Below the pieces are notes generated by a model. It had not been told where the DNA came from. It made no database searches and saw only the letters and a list, made by a program, of their open reading frames with translations. Shown one piece after another: positions 10,523 through 19,888 of a stretch of DNA of 20,000 nucleotides. The stretch's first letter is position 1. Each line of letters opens with the position of its first letter. The stretch covers positions 52,868-72,867 of the forward strand of contig JYFJ02002748.1 in assembly GCA_000934665.2 (NCBI GenBank), read 5' to 3'. The translations under genes were made by a program, and so were the position numbers. Origin of the DNA: Catajapyx aquilonaris. Lineage: Eukaryota.

Positions 10523-11740
10523 TCACTTGAAGAAGTTGATGTGTTCGTCATTGGGAAGTGGATTTAGATTGATAACCTCACGATATATATCCCACCCCTG
10601 CTTCTCAATCACAATGGACACTTTATCCTGAGGCCTACGTCTAGGCCTTATTCTACTAGTTACAGTGGCAGGCTTGCCATAAGACATGATATCTGAAAGC
10701 TGCAAACAAATCTCTTTACCATCTCGCAACTCATTTGCCTCAAAGTAACTAATATGGGAGCTGAGCATGTTCTTCTTCAAAAGATCTTTTATAATCACTG
10801 TAAGAATTGAAACACCTTTGACTTTCACATATTCCAGCTTGGGAGAGGTGAGAAGCATGTTTAGGTTATTGCACGTAACTTGACAGGTGCCTTCACTACA
10901 CAGATCTTCAAGTTCAGTTATCTTCAACTTCCTCAAATGCTGAAATGGTTCACTGATTGTGTATGATGAATGTTGTGATGAATGTGTATGATGGAATGAA
11001 CATAAGTAGGAGTTCGAAGTCAATGTCAGCTCCTGCAAATTTGGACATGCCAACCTAAAGTAATTCAAGGGCACTTTATATAGCCCATCAAGTTTGAGAA
11101 CTGTCAATCCCTGCCCACAATCCCCTGCAAATTGAAGCAAATTCATCGTGCAAAAAGCAGATTGTCTGTCACATACAATTTTCAACTCTTTCAAGTTGTC
11201 CAATGCTGCCTTGGTATGACTGCACGACTTATCATGAGCAAAGGCAGTCAAGGTCACCTTGTATATACTAGGGTACCACTCAAGGCACTTATTCAACACA
11301 TCACAACTTTGGTCTAGCAGATACATTTCTGTGGGTTTTATACAGAGACTTCTGCCCATTGAGTGCAACACCTCTGCAGTGGTTTTATGCTGAAGACTCT
11401 GGAGTTTAGACAAGTTCATGAAAAGCGTGCAGATTCCATCCTTTGTAACACCAGTGCGCATGAGATCTATAACTTGCAAGTTCTTGCAGCATCCTGAGTC
11501 CACCTCACTTGCTCTGTGTGGGACACACAATGACTTCACACCATCATCAGTTACATTCGCACATCCTGACACATCCAGGATGGTCAGCAATGGTGTATAA
11601 ACTCCCAACTTTGCTAAAACTTTATCGTTGATTCCACAGCAACTGAGATAAAGTCCTTCAAGGTTCTTCAGAAAGGGAACAGTTTTTAGTAGGACTTGGC
11701 TTAGGTTTCCAGTTTTAGACAAGTTCAGGATTCGCAGATT
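10523..11740 (-). CDS. LRR terminal exon B (405 aa; 510-aa protein when joined to exons 1-2); cysteine-containing, FBXL/AMN1-like LRR solenoid
   Basis: The 399-aa ORF extends to the acceptor ccttttttcttcccccgtag|AATCTGCGA, with a branch-like CTTAAC at 11766-11771. Repeated LxxLxLxxC motifs: NLEGLYLSCC, LTILDVSGCANVTDDGV, NLQVIDL, CPNLQELTL. Confidence 0.9.
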   Translation of the reverse strand, partial: NLRILNLSKTGNLSQVLLKTVPFLKNLEGLYLSCCGINDKVLAKLGVYTPLLTILDVSGCANVTDDGVKSLCVPHRASEVDSGCCKNLQVIDLMRTGVTKDGICTLFMNLSKLQSLQHKTTAEVLHSMGRSLCIKPTEMYLLDQSCDVLNKCLEWYPSIYKVTLTAFAHDKSCSHTKAALDNLKELKIVCDRQSAFCTMNLLQFAGDCGQGLTVLKLDGLYKVPLNYFRLACPNLQELTLTSNSYLCSFHHTHSSQHSSYTISEPFQHLRKLKITELEDLCSEGTCQVTCNNLNMLLTSPKLEYVKVKGVSILTVIIKDLLKKNMLSSHISYFEANELRDGKEICLQLSDIMSYGKPATVTSRIRPRRRPQDKVSIVIEKQGWDIYREVINLNPLPNDEHINFFK

Positions 11741-11847
11741 CTACGGGGGAAGAAAAAAGGTGGCTGTTAAGTCATGTTTCACAGACTACCTTCCTTATAG
11801 TCTGACTGAACACAGTGCTGGATTTACCCCCACCCCGGCCACCTTAA

Positions 11848-12416
11848 AGGTCTGTTCTCAAAGCAGCGGGTTGGAGCAAAGCGTGCGCTTGCAAGCGCCT
11901 TGGAGCGGGTGGTTTGGCCGCTCGAGAATATTCTGGTCTTCACGAAGTAGCTGGTGCGCGTGGCTGGTGCGCGCTAGAGTAAGCGCGTATAGACCATTTT
12001 CGGCGGCGGGCTAATTAAAATATTTTAAATAATTACGTTTGCCTATGAACTTATATGACATAATAGTGACATTTACTACCAAATACACCTGCAATTTTGT
12101 GAACTATTTTCAAGTAAATAAAGACCACGTCACGTGACATATTCCAAAACATTCGAATCGGAGCCCACGTGATTACGTCACGTGACCACGTGACTCCCAC
12201 AGGGCCACCGGATTGGTCCCCATGGAGCGGGTGGTGGGCCAAAGTGGGTAGAAATCAACCCGGAGTAGATCGCGCCCGCTAGCTCCTAGCAGCTGGCAAG
12301 TGTATCTCTACTGATCTCTACCCACTTTCGAATGACGTCAGAGCGGGCAAACCACCCGCTCCAAGGCGCTTGCAAGCGCACGTTTTGCTCCAACCCGCTG
12401 CTTTGAGAACAGACCT
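11848..12416. mobile_element. MITE with ~75-bp near-perfect TIRs (Kolobok- or PIF/Harbinger-like)
   Basis: AGGTCTGTTCTCAAAGCAGCGGGTTGGAGCAAA...GCCGCTC is inverted at both ends. Flanks are TTAA / TTAT. Internal CACGTG/TGACGT cluster. Superfamily is ambiguous. Confidence 0.85.
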
Positions 12417-13207
12417 TTATGCAGTTGAAATCCGCCTCCTACATTCCACTTTGACTCCTTATCCCCTGAGCAAATTAGACTTCACCAGTAAAACTAATTT
12501 TAAAATATCCAACATTCTGATCACATAATGGACACTAGAACAGTGGGTAGCACTTTGAGAACCACTGCTCTACGTTACGGTTCCACTGGAGTTCCTATAG
12601 CGTCCAGCTGCACAAATAAGAGGCTTAACACCTGCCATTTCACTCCATACGTGTGTGGCACCTTTGCTCGCGTACAACACGGGAGAATAATGTGGCACCA
12701 GATATTTTAATTAACCCTTTGACGGCGGGGTTTTGTGGGCGGTTTTTCTTCTTCTTCCCTCAACCAAAATTTGTAGTAGTAGTGATGCTACAGAAAAACA
12801 GTATGCTCCAATATTTATCATTTTAACTCATGGTGGTCCGTTTGAATGTAAAATTCATCTACAGGGTGTTCAAGAAGAAAAAATAAATAAAGTGCAATTA
12901 ACTTTAAATGTAATAATTAAATTAATGGATTTTAAATTTTAAACTAATTATAAAATTGACACTATGGTTACATAATAATACTAAAACACTGTACTTTGAG
13001 AAATTCTTAAGAGTCCAGACACCGCATGTGGACAAAAACTTGCAGGAAGGAGGGGTTATGTTTAGCTTGCTATCACTGATGCAATTTGGTCTATGCTGCG
13101 GTCAAAGTCAGTTTTTGTCAGATTCTTCTCTTTCTACACTCAGCAGAGCAAGATCACTGGGTCTGATTCCTTGACCCATGGAGCCATCACAGTGCCTCTT
13201 GCCCATG

Positions 13208-14348
13208 ACACTATGCATTTGTCCATGGGACTTCATTGCCCTTGTTCCTTAGGTCACCTGTAACTCATATTATGACATTTCACTTTGTCTGACCTTTGTT
13301 TTTGACATAGGGGCATTCAAAAAACCAGAGTCCTGCTGTAGCCTGCCAGGGTTCTGCTATACCATCTCGGATTTTGGTGACAAAAATCACAGCTGTACAC
13401 ACTTATGCCAGCCTATTTCATAATGCTTAATATCTAGTTTCAGCGATATTTTGCAATACAGTGAAGAGGGGAAAAATCGCAAATGTTTGGGAAAGGCCTA
13501 AAATGAGGCGTTTTTGGAGAATTTTTCCGGTTCGTGGAAGTGGTCAAAGTCCAATAATATAAACATCATATATTTATATCAAATGAGAGAGAAAGACGAA
13601 GAGAATGTGCCTAAGGAATTAGTTTTCTTTAACAATGTAAGTAGAATAATGGGCGTGACATTCCATCGGTCACACATCCACGAATTTGGGCCCCCGAAAA
13701 TTAGTGGGCAAATCTGCGAATAATTACTTGCAAGCTATGCATGAACCAGACTTAAAACTGACCACAACTCCTGTCACCGAATATGGCTGCCCTTATGCAA
13801 ACAAATCACTAATTGTTGGTGTCAAAATATTTGGACATGTTTATATTTGAGAAATACTTGAGCAGGTGACCAATGGAATGCCGCACACATTTTTCTGGTT
13901 ACATTTTAGAGGAAAACCAATTCCTCAGGCGCATTTTCCTCCCGTCTTTCTCTTTCATTTGATGTATATGTTGATGGGGTTTTGGCCATTTCCACTCACC
14001 TAAAAAAAAATATCCAAAAAAGGCCTAATTTTCAGCCCCTTCCAAAATTGCTCGATTTCTTTTCTTCCCACGGTATTGCACAATATGGCTGAAACTTGAC
14101 ACTTAGGGTCACGTCATAGGTGTGTACTGCTGTGATTTCTTTTGGGAAAATCAGAGATGATCTAGCAACATCGATTCTGAAAGCCTGGCTATAGTATTTC
14201 AAGGACATTGCTTTTCTGACCATGCCAAGCTAAAAAAAAAAAACACGTTCAGACAATATGAATGGTCATTATGAGTTACGAGTGCCCTAAGAAACATGGA
14301 AATGACATGAATGCCCATGGACAAGAGTTGATATTTGTTACATAGTGT
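13208..14348. mobile_element. Degenerate foldback element with ~420-bp inverted arms
   Basis: Collinear inverted matches, e.g. 13249-13280 vs 14260-14291, 13362-13406 vs 14116-14160, 13433-13520 vs 14011-14098, 13561-13630 vs 13909-13980. Ends are approximate. Confidence 0.75.
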
Positions 14349-14417
14349 AAAGATCATACATCTAAAGAAAATTCCATTTTCACAGTCCAAAGATAGCTCA
14401 TTGACTTTCACAGAAAG

Positions 14418-14698
14418 GGTTGAAGTAGGTCCTACAGGCATGCGAAAGGCGGGAGGGTAGTAGTCGGCGGGAGCAGCGGGCTGTGTCGCAAAGGCACGGA
14501 TAAAGGATAGGCGTGTATCGGCTGAAGATAGGTCTGTATCCGCAAGGAAGGAAGGTTACGCTTGGGTTAGGTTAGGTTGGTACATCATACCCCTTCCAAA
14601 ATCCAAAAAATCAATACTTGCATCCTTGCCTTTGCGACACAGTCAAGCTGCGCCCCGCCGCCCTACTCACCCTGGCGCCAGTAGGGCCTACTCCTTCC
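14418..14698. mobile_element. 281-bp MITE with 8-9-bp TSD (Merlin- or MULE-like)
   Basis: TSD ACAGAAAG at 14410-14417 and 14699-14706; GG...CC termini; inverted arms including AGTAGG-CCTA and CTGTGTCGCAAAGGCA; central GGTTAGGTTAGG. Confidence 0.75.
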
Positions 14699-14706
14699 AC
14701 AGAAAG

Positions 14707-14778
14707 TGCTCAGTGGTGCCCCCTTCAAGTGGCGCCCACGGTACTTGTCATACTTGCCATACCATAGTTACGCCACTG
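14707..14778. mobile_element. Solo hAT-like MITE terminus
   Basis: Ends in TAGTTACGCCACTG, the reverse complement of CAGTGGCGTAACTA. The partner end was not found. Confidence 0.4.
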
Positions 14779-15150
14779 CTATGAGGTGGAAACACTGATT
14801 AGCATACGCCATGGCAGTTGAGCCCCTTTCCACGAGGTAGTAGGGGCAGTTTGAGCCTCAAACTGAGCCATTTCTATCTAAACCTTAGCGCACCCAGTTA
14901 AAAAAACCCGCAGGACAGCCTATGATGCACGTATGCCTCAAAGGGTTAAATCGCCTACGTAGTGCCAGGATGCACTGGGTGGGCAAGAATACCTGTTTTA
15001 AAACATTAAAATGTACAACCTGTACAGAAACCCATCTGGAAAAATTGCCGTTGCTTGCAATTCTGTGAAATGCTTAACCAATAGTAACCATGTCTAGAAG
15101 GAATATACGCGTATTCTATGTGCTTGAAAGTCATAAATTACAGTTTTTAC

Positions 15151-15320
15151 CTGACACCTTTCGGAAGCAAATTCCAGCACGAAGTGTGGGTCCTCAGCAG
15201 CACCTCTTGGCATGTCCACCACAGTGAGACGGGGGATCAGCAGGCCCTGGACATGAGCCCGCTTCATAGGCACCCGCCGAAACTTCAGGCGCTCTATGAT
15301 CTCTTGCACATAGAGCAGTG
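15151..15320 (-). CDS. Coding exon 2 of the LRR gene (P-LLYVQEIIERLKFRRVPMKRAHVQGLLIPRLTVVDMPRGAAEDPHFVLEFASERCQ)
   Basis: Acceptor gttgtttcag| at 15321 and donor CAG|GTAAAA at 15150. The 170 nt are phase 1 in and phase 0 out, which matches exon 1 and the phase-0 LRR exons and gives an LRR-type junction RCQ|NLRILNLS. It is part of ORF 15094..15486. Confidence 0.8.
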
Positions 15321-15450
15321 CTGAAACAACATCACTACTAGAGTCATATGTTCCTGATTCAACCACATGCTTTTGTAACACATTTAGGCACACATTTAAG
15401 GACCACTCCTGGAACGTGCAATCCCCCACGAACCCAGCAGTTATACTTAC

Positions 15451-15595
15451 GAATACCGCGGAATGGGCTCTCCGGAAACACCCCATGTTCTAAGAAGAAG
15501 TCCACCCAGTCGGGACAGAACAGGTTCATGTTATCCACAATGCAAGTCAGGCTCAGGGCCGTCAGGGGCTTGATGCAGGTCGTCTGGGACATCAT
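15451..15595 (-). CDS. Coding exon 1 of an LRR gene (MMSQTTCIKPLTALSLTCIVDNMNLFCPDWVDFFLEHGVFPESPFRGI), carrying a BC-box-like motif
   Basis: ATG at 15595 lies in a perfect Kozak context (GCCACCATG). The exon ends at a strong donor, C|GTAAGT (intron starts 15450), phase 1. It is part of ORF 15359..15901. A possible upstream 5'UTR acceptor (ctgcag|G) is at 15621. Confidence 0.8.
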
Positions 15596-16717
15596 GGTGG
15601 CCTGGACGTCCGCTGGGAGACCTGCAGTACCCTTCTGGTGTCCTTCGGAATTAGTGCTGATCAGGTACGGACCTTTTGCCAGTAGGGGCCAACTGAGCCT
15701 CCCTGCAGCTGCGGCTGTCTCGACCTGCACGTGTTCGTCGCCGGGTAACAATAACAATGGCTGCTCGAACGCGCTGTTGCCATGTGTCACTGTAACCACA
15801 TTTGAACCACACGCACCTTGGGACATTACAGGCACGGAACTGATTCCGGAAAGGCTAATTATTACTGCGCGTCCAATAAACACATACATTTTTATAGACA
15901 CTGCTTGGTACGGAGAAAAACGGAGCGTTCAAAAATCGCTGTGGCATGGTAACAACTGGCAACACCGCAAGTACAAATATTTACTGGCAGGTTGATCGCA
16001 AGTATTGCACAAATTATGAACCTCAATTTAGGGCAATTGCGTTATGCTCGTTATTAAAATCACAGCAGTAAAATTTAACTCCCCTTTGGCCATCTGCCGG
16101 TCACTATCATGATTGCTTTTAAGTGGCGGCACATGCGGTTGCTTCATTTCATTGAAATAATTCACTGAGCAACATTTGCCATAAAGCCAGCCCCTGAATA
16201 AACAACAAAAATTACATGTGCAAGCAACAAATTGGGGCCATTCCGAGCCATTCGAAAGAAACGTGATGGGTAGATTTTCAGTGGCATAAATATACATATC
16301 CAACTGCGAATGTGATGCTCCATTCTACAGTTTCCATAATTTTTATGTTGCATTCTTGAATTTCTATTATACCATTCAATTCCTAGATCCAGAACATCTC
16401 ATGGAGACCAGACGACATGGATGATTCTGCCAAGACTTCCTTGTCATCACCTGGTATCACCACCGACAGACACATGGAAAACACCGCCTACAACCATATG
16501 ATCATGTCACTCATTCCCATCTGCAGTGAAGTGGCAGGGTGCCTTGTACTTTGGGTGCATGATACAAAAAAGCGTTGAACAGAACAAGTACAGTGCAGGA
16601 GTACTGTACTTGTTAAACGCTTTTTTGTATTTGTACAAGATTTGCCCGAGACACTGACAATGCTGATGCAACAGGTGAGACGATTTACTTGCGCTTGGCA
16701 GCAGTTCATAATCACTT

Positions 16718-16844
16718 GGGCCGGTTCCACCAAGACCGGTTTATGATAAAACTCCGGTTCTTTCGGTAAATCCCTATTCCATTTGCAGGGAGTTTCCGAA
16801 AGAACCGGAGTTTTATCATAAACCAGGCTTGGTCAAACCGGCCC
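16718..16844. mobile_element. 127-bp hairpin MITE (PIF/Harbinger-like termini)
   Basis: Almost fully self-complementary: GGGCCGGTT...GGTTTATGATAAAACTCCGGTTCTTTCGG and its inverse. TSD is not clean. Confidence 0.8.
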
Positions 16845-16884
16845 TAAGTCATAAAATAACAACATACATATCATGATGAGATCA

Positions 16885-16890
16885 TTTATT
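16885..16890 (-). promoter_or_regulatory. Putative polyadenylation signal for exon C
   Basis: AATAAA on the minus strand ~144 nt after the stop codon. Confidence 0.55.
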
Positions 16891-17034
16891 ACATCTGCTT
16901 AGGTCCTGACAAATATGATTTCTTCCACCCTCATACTCGCAACAATGAATCTTTTCAATTATAAGAAAAATAAAATTGATTAGGTTCTCCTTACCATTCC
17001 TTCAAAATACAGAAAGCAGCATCACATTGAGAAT

Positions 17035-18243
17035 TCAGGAGTCCTGTATTACTGCATGATAGGTGGTAAGTGACTTAATACCAGCCTTCACAGGGTGTCT
17101 AGTGTCACAATACATTTCCCATCCTTTCTTTTCAATCACACAAGCCATTTTATCAAGAGGGCCAGGGACATAGTGTAATACTTTTGTCACAGACACAGGT
17201 TTCCCACCACACATGACTTCTGAAAGCCTAGAGAAACTATTTAAAAAGTCGCAGGACCCAATCACCCCAAAGTAAGAAATATGACGGCTGAACATGTCCC
17301 TGGCCAGATGATTTGACACCACATGGAAAACAGAAGGAACATTATCCACCTTCAGATATTGCAGTTTGGGAGAGGCCAGAAGCATAGCAAGGTCCTGGTC
17401 AGGTGGGTGGCGGTCAAGTGGGTGGCGGTCACGTGGGGGGCGTGCTGCACATGAAAATCCTGCCAATATTTTCAACTTAATTAGATGCTCAAATGGTTTG
17501 TAGATGCCATTGCATTTACTTTCATAGGTATTCTCCTTCAGAGTCAGCTCCTGCAAATTTGGGCATACTGATCTGATGTCAGTCAGGCACACAGAAGACA
17601 AGGACACCAGTTTGAGAACTGCCAGTCCCTGCCCACAATCCCTGATGATGTAAAACCACTCCATCACTCCAGTACATTTTATCACCTTTAGCTCTTTCAA
17701 GTTTCCCAGTACCTCTGCATCATGACTGCACCACCCATGATCAATGTTGTTCACAGTCAACTTGTGTATGCTAGGATGCTGCCTGAGGCATGCATTCAGT
17801 ACATCACAGTCTTGGTGTGTCAGGTACATTTCCATGGTTTTTAGATTTGAATGGCTACCCATTGAGTACAGGACCTCGGCAGTAGTTTCATGCTGAAGGC
17901 TCTTGAGCTCAGGCAAGTTCATGAAAAAAGTGCGGATACCATCCTTTGTAACTTGGGTGGATCGGACATCGACAGCCATCAGTTTCTTGCAGCATCCAGA
18001 CTTTGTCTGCCCTGCTGCATTTGGGACACACAGGGACATCACACCAACATCAGTTATATGTGGACAGCTTGACAGGTCCAACACTGACAGCATGGCAGCA
18101 TGGGCACCCAACTTATCTAATGCTGCATCGTTGATGTGACATCCTCTTAGGTAAAGTTCTTCCAGATTCTTCAACAAATGACTGTTTTTTTTTAGTACAT
18201 CACTTAGGTTACCGGTGTCAGACAAGTTCAGGATTCGCAGATT
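17035..18243 (-). CDS. LRR terminal exon C (402 aa), closest to exon A; its 5' exons presumably lie beyond position 20000
   Basis: The 396-aa ORF extends to the acceptor tttctgtttctag|AATCTGCGA (phase 0), with a branch-like CCTAAT at 18272-18277. It has the same LRR motifs, and the flanking intron is alignable with that of exon A. Confidence 0.9.
   Translation of the reverse strand, partial: NLRILNLSDTGNLSDVLKKNSHLLKNLEELYLRGCHINDAALDKLGAHAAMLSVLDLSSCPHITDVGVMSLCVPNAAGQTKSGCCKKLMAVDVRSTQVTKDGIRTFFMNLPELKSLQHETTAEVLYSMGSHSNLKTMEMYLTHQDCDVLNACLRQHPSIHKLTVNNIDHGWCSHDAEVLGNLKELKVIKCTGVMEWFYIIRDCGQGLAVLKLVSLSSVCLTDIRSVCPNLQELTLKENTYESKCNGIYKPFEHLIKLKILAGFSCAARPPRDRHPLDRHPPDQDLAMLLASPKLQYLKVDNVPSVFHVVSNHLARDMFSRHISYFGVIGSCDFLNSFSRLSEVMCGGKPVSVTKVLHYVPGPLDKMACVIEKKGWEMYCDTRHPVKAGIKSLTTYHAVIQDS
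17397..17441. repeat. In-frame 3 x 15-bp coding minisatellite in exon C
   Basis: ggtcaggtgggtggc / ggtcaagtgggtggc / ggtcacgtggggggc, encoding PPRDRHPLDRHPPD. Confidence 0.9.
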
Positions 18244-18296
18244 CTAGAAACAGAAACAAAGATGTGGGACTATTAGGTGTTACCATCCACTAAATA

Positions 18297-18849
18297 CAGG
18301 GTGAGCCAACTTTATGGCACCAGTAGTTATTGGAAAAATCAACAAGCTGCTTGTTTATAAGCAGGTCGTTGCTAAGAGATCAATAAGAGTTACTTTCTGG
18401 AGAATCGGGAATAGCACCTGCTGATATTAGGTCCAATGCCCATGTAACAATTAATCTACAAGAACTGTTTATTTGCTGGTAACTAAACAACGCTGCCAGT
18501 TTGACCTGTCTCAGTTGCGCCAACTGCGGCCAACAATGAACAGACCAGAAGGCCTATTTATTGACACACCCGGGTCTGTCCAGTTCCGACGGATTAGGCC
18601 TGTGGTTTGGCAGCTAGTGACCTCATGTGAAACCCTCCAGCGAACACCAGAACAGGCCTGTTTCCCACGGATGACCCTTTTTCCCTCATTAATTTTGTTA
18701 CATGGGCATTAGACCTAATATCAGCAGGTGCTATTCCCGATTCTCCAGAAAGGAACTCTTATTGATCTCTTAGCAACGACCTGCTTATAAACAAGCAGCT
18801 TGCGCGATTTTTCCAATAACTACTGGTGCCATAAAGTTGGATCACCCTG
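18297..18849. mobile_element. Tc1/mariner-like MITE with ~160-bp TIRs
   Basis: TA|CAGGGTG...CACCCTG|TA with near-perfect arms. The paralogous intron of exon A (7076-7100) shows the empty site. Confidence 0.92.
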
Positions 18850-18890
18850 TATACCCTTTTCAGTGACATATTTTTCCAAGTAATATATTA

Positions 18891-19676
18891 CAGTGAAACT
18901 GCCCATTACGGACCCTGGGCATAGCGGAAACCTATCCATTGCGGATTTTTTTCCGGGAACAGGTATATGCATAGGGCATGGAACGTATTTTTTGAGGGAT
19001 ATTACGGGACCTCCCCAACCAGGAAACGGAAGGATTTTTGTCTCCCTTCAAAGAAAATCCCTGTTCATAACTGAAATCAAATGGTGCACATTATCTCACA
19101 AAAATAGAAACTACACTTGTGTTCACTCCTCCCAGGCCCTCCCAGGAGGCCTCTGAGTAAGCCTTTTTGGAAGTCTTTCACCATACTGTGTCTCCTAATT
19201 GCTGGAATTGCCAGTGGCCTTGAAGATAGGGGACTATTTTTGGTTGTAAAACTGACATAAGGCCTGTTGGGGGGGGGGGGGGNGGGAAAGAAGATTGTGA
19301 GTTTGTGACTCTCTGGGAAGAGGAAGGGGTTGACAAAGACTCAAAGTATTGCTCCTGTGTGGACAGATGGTCCAAATGAGCATGCAAACTTAATAGCGCA
19401 AAAACTTGGTGTGGCAAAACTTAGTGTTTCAAATGGATGGCTGGAAAGTTTCCGCAACAGGCACAGAACTTCGCAGAAAAAAGTGTGTGGTGTGTGTGTG
19501 GTGGACTGATTTTTCACCATATTGAAGGGAAGGTGGTTATTTTTTCTCTGCCCATTTACCTCTTTCTCACCGGCAAAAAAACTTAATAACGTCCTTAATC
19601 TGAATGTAGCGGAAACCTGTCCATTACGGAATATTTTTAGGGTCCCGTGCAATTCCATAATACGCAGGTTTCACTG
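18891..19676 (+). mobile_element. Tigger/pogo-like internally deleted transposon
   Basis: TA|CAGTGAAAC...GTTTCACTG|TA; subterminal AGCGGAAACCT-TCCATT-CGGA repeats; transposase remnant inside. Confidence 0.85.
19378..19491 (+). pseudogene. Remnant of a CENP-B/Tc5-type HTH of a pogo/Tigger transposase
   Basis: My translation EHANLIAQKLGVAKLSVSNGWLESFRNRHRTSQKKVCG fits the family motif F-x-A-S-x-G-W-L-x-x-F-K-x-R-H. Confidence 0.8.
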
Positions 19677-19888
19677 TATCATCATTGCATTTGTGCAATA
19701 AATGTGGGAGACAGGTATCAGATTTCAAAATGCAAACATCAGTGAAGAACTTTCAAAAGCACCTTCACATTAAACATTACAATATTAGTAAGGGCTAGAA
19801 TTGCGTGGTTTGATATTTTACTTTTCATGGGCCCACAGTAAAAAATATAAACACATGGGCACTAACACAACATAGTGATGCACAATAC

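Larger units (their letters stand above)
12715..14945. mobile_element. piggyBac-like non-autonomous element hosting nested insertions
   Basis: TTAA|CCCTTTGACGGC ... GCCTCAAAGGG|TTAA. No transposase ORF seen. Confidence 0.65.

Noticed and set aside
15094..15901. ORFs 15094..15486 and 15359..15901 as separate or frameshifted genes
   Set aside because: They are better explained as two exons joined by a canonical 130-nt GT-AG intron (15321-15450).
15348..15995. 215-aa plus-strand ORF
   Set aside because: It is antisense to exon 1 in a GC-rich 5' region and has no recognisable domain.
6693..18139. Similar plus-strand ORFs at 6693, 11418 and 17903
   Set aside because: They are antisense shadows of the conserved LRR exons.
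5801..18225. ORF-track starts of the three LRR ORFs as real start codons of intronless genes
   Set aside because: They are TTG codons just inside conserved splice acceptors; the ORFs are terminal exons.
19269..19287. G-run with an N (and the G-run at 1935-1957) as functional G-quadruplexes
   Set aside because: They are simple homopolymers, one with an ambiguous base call, and nothing else supports a function.
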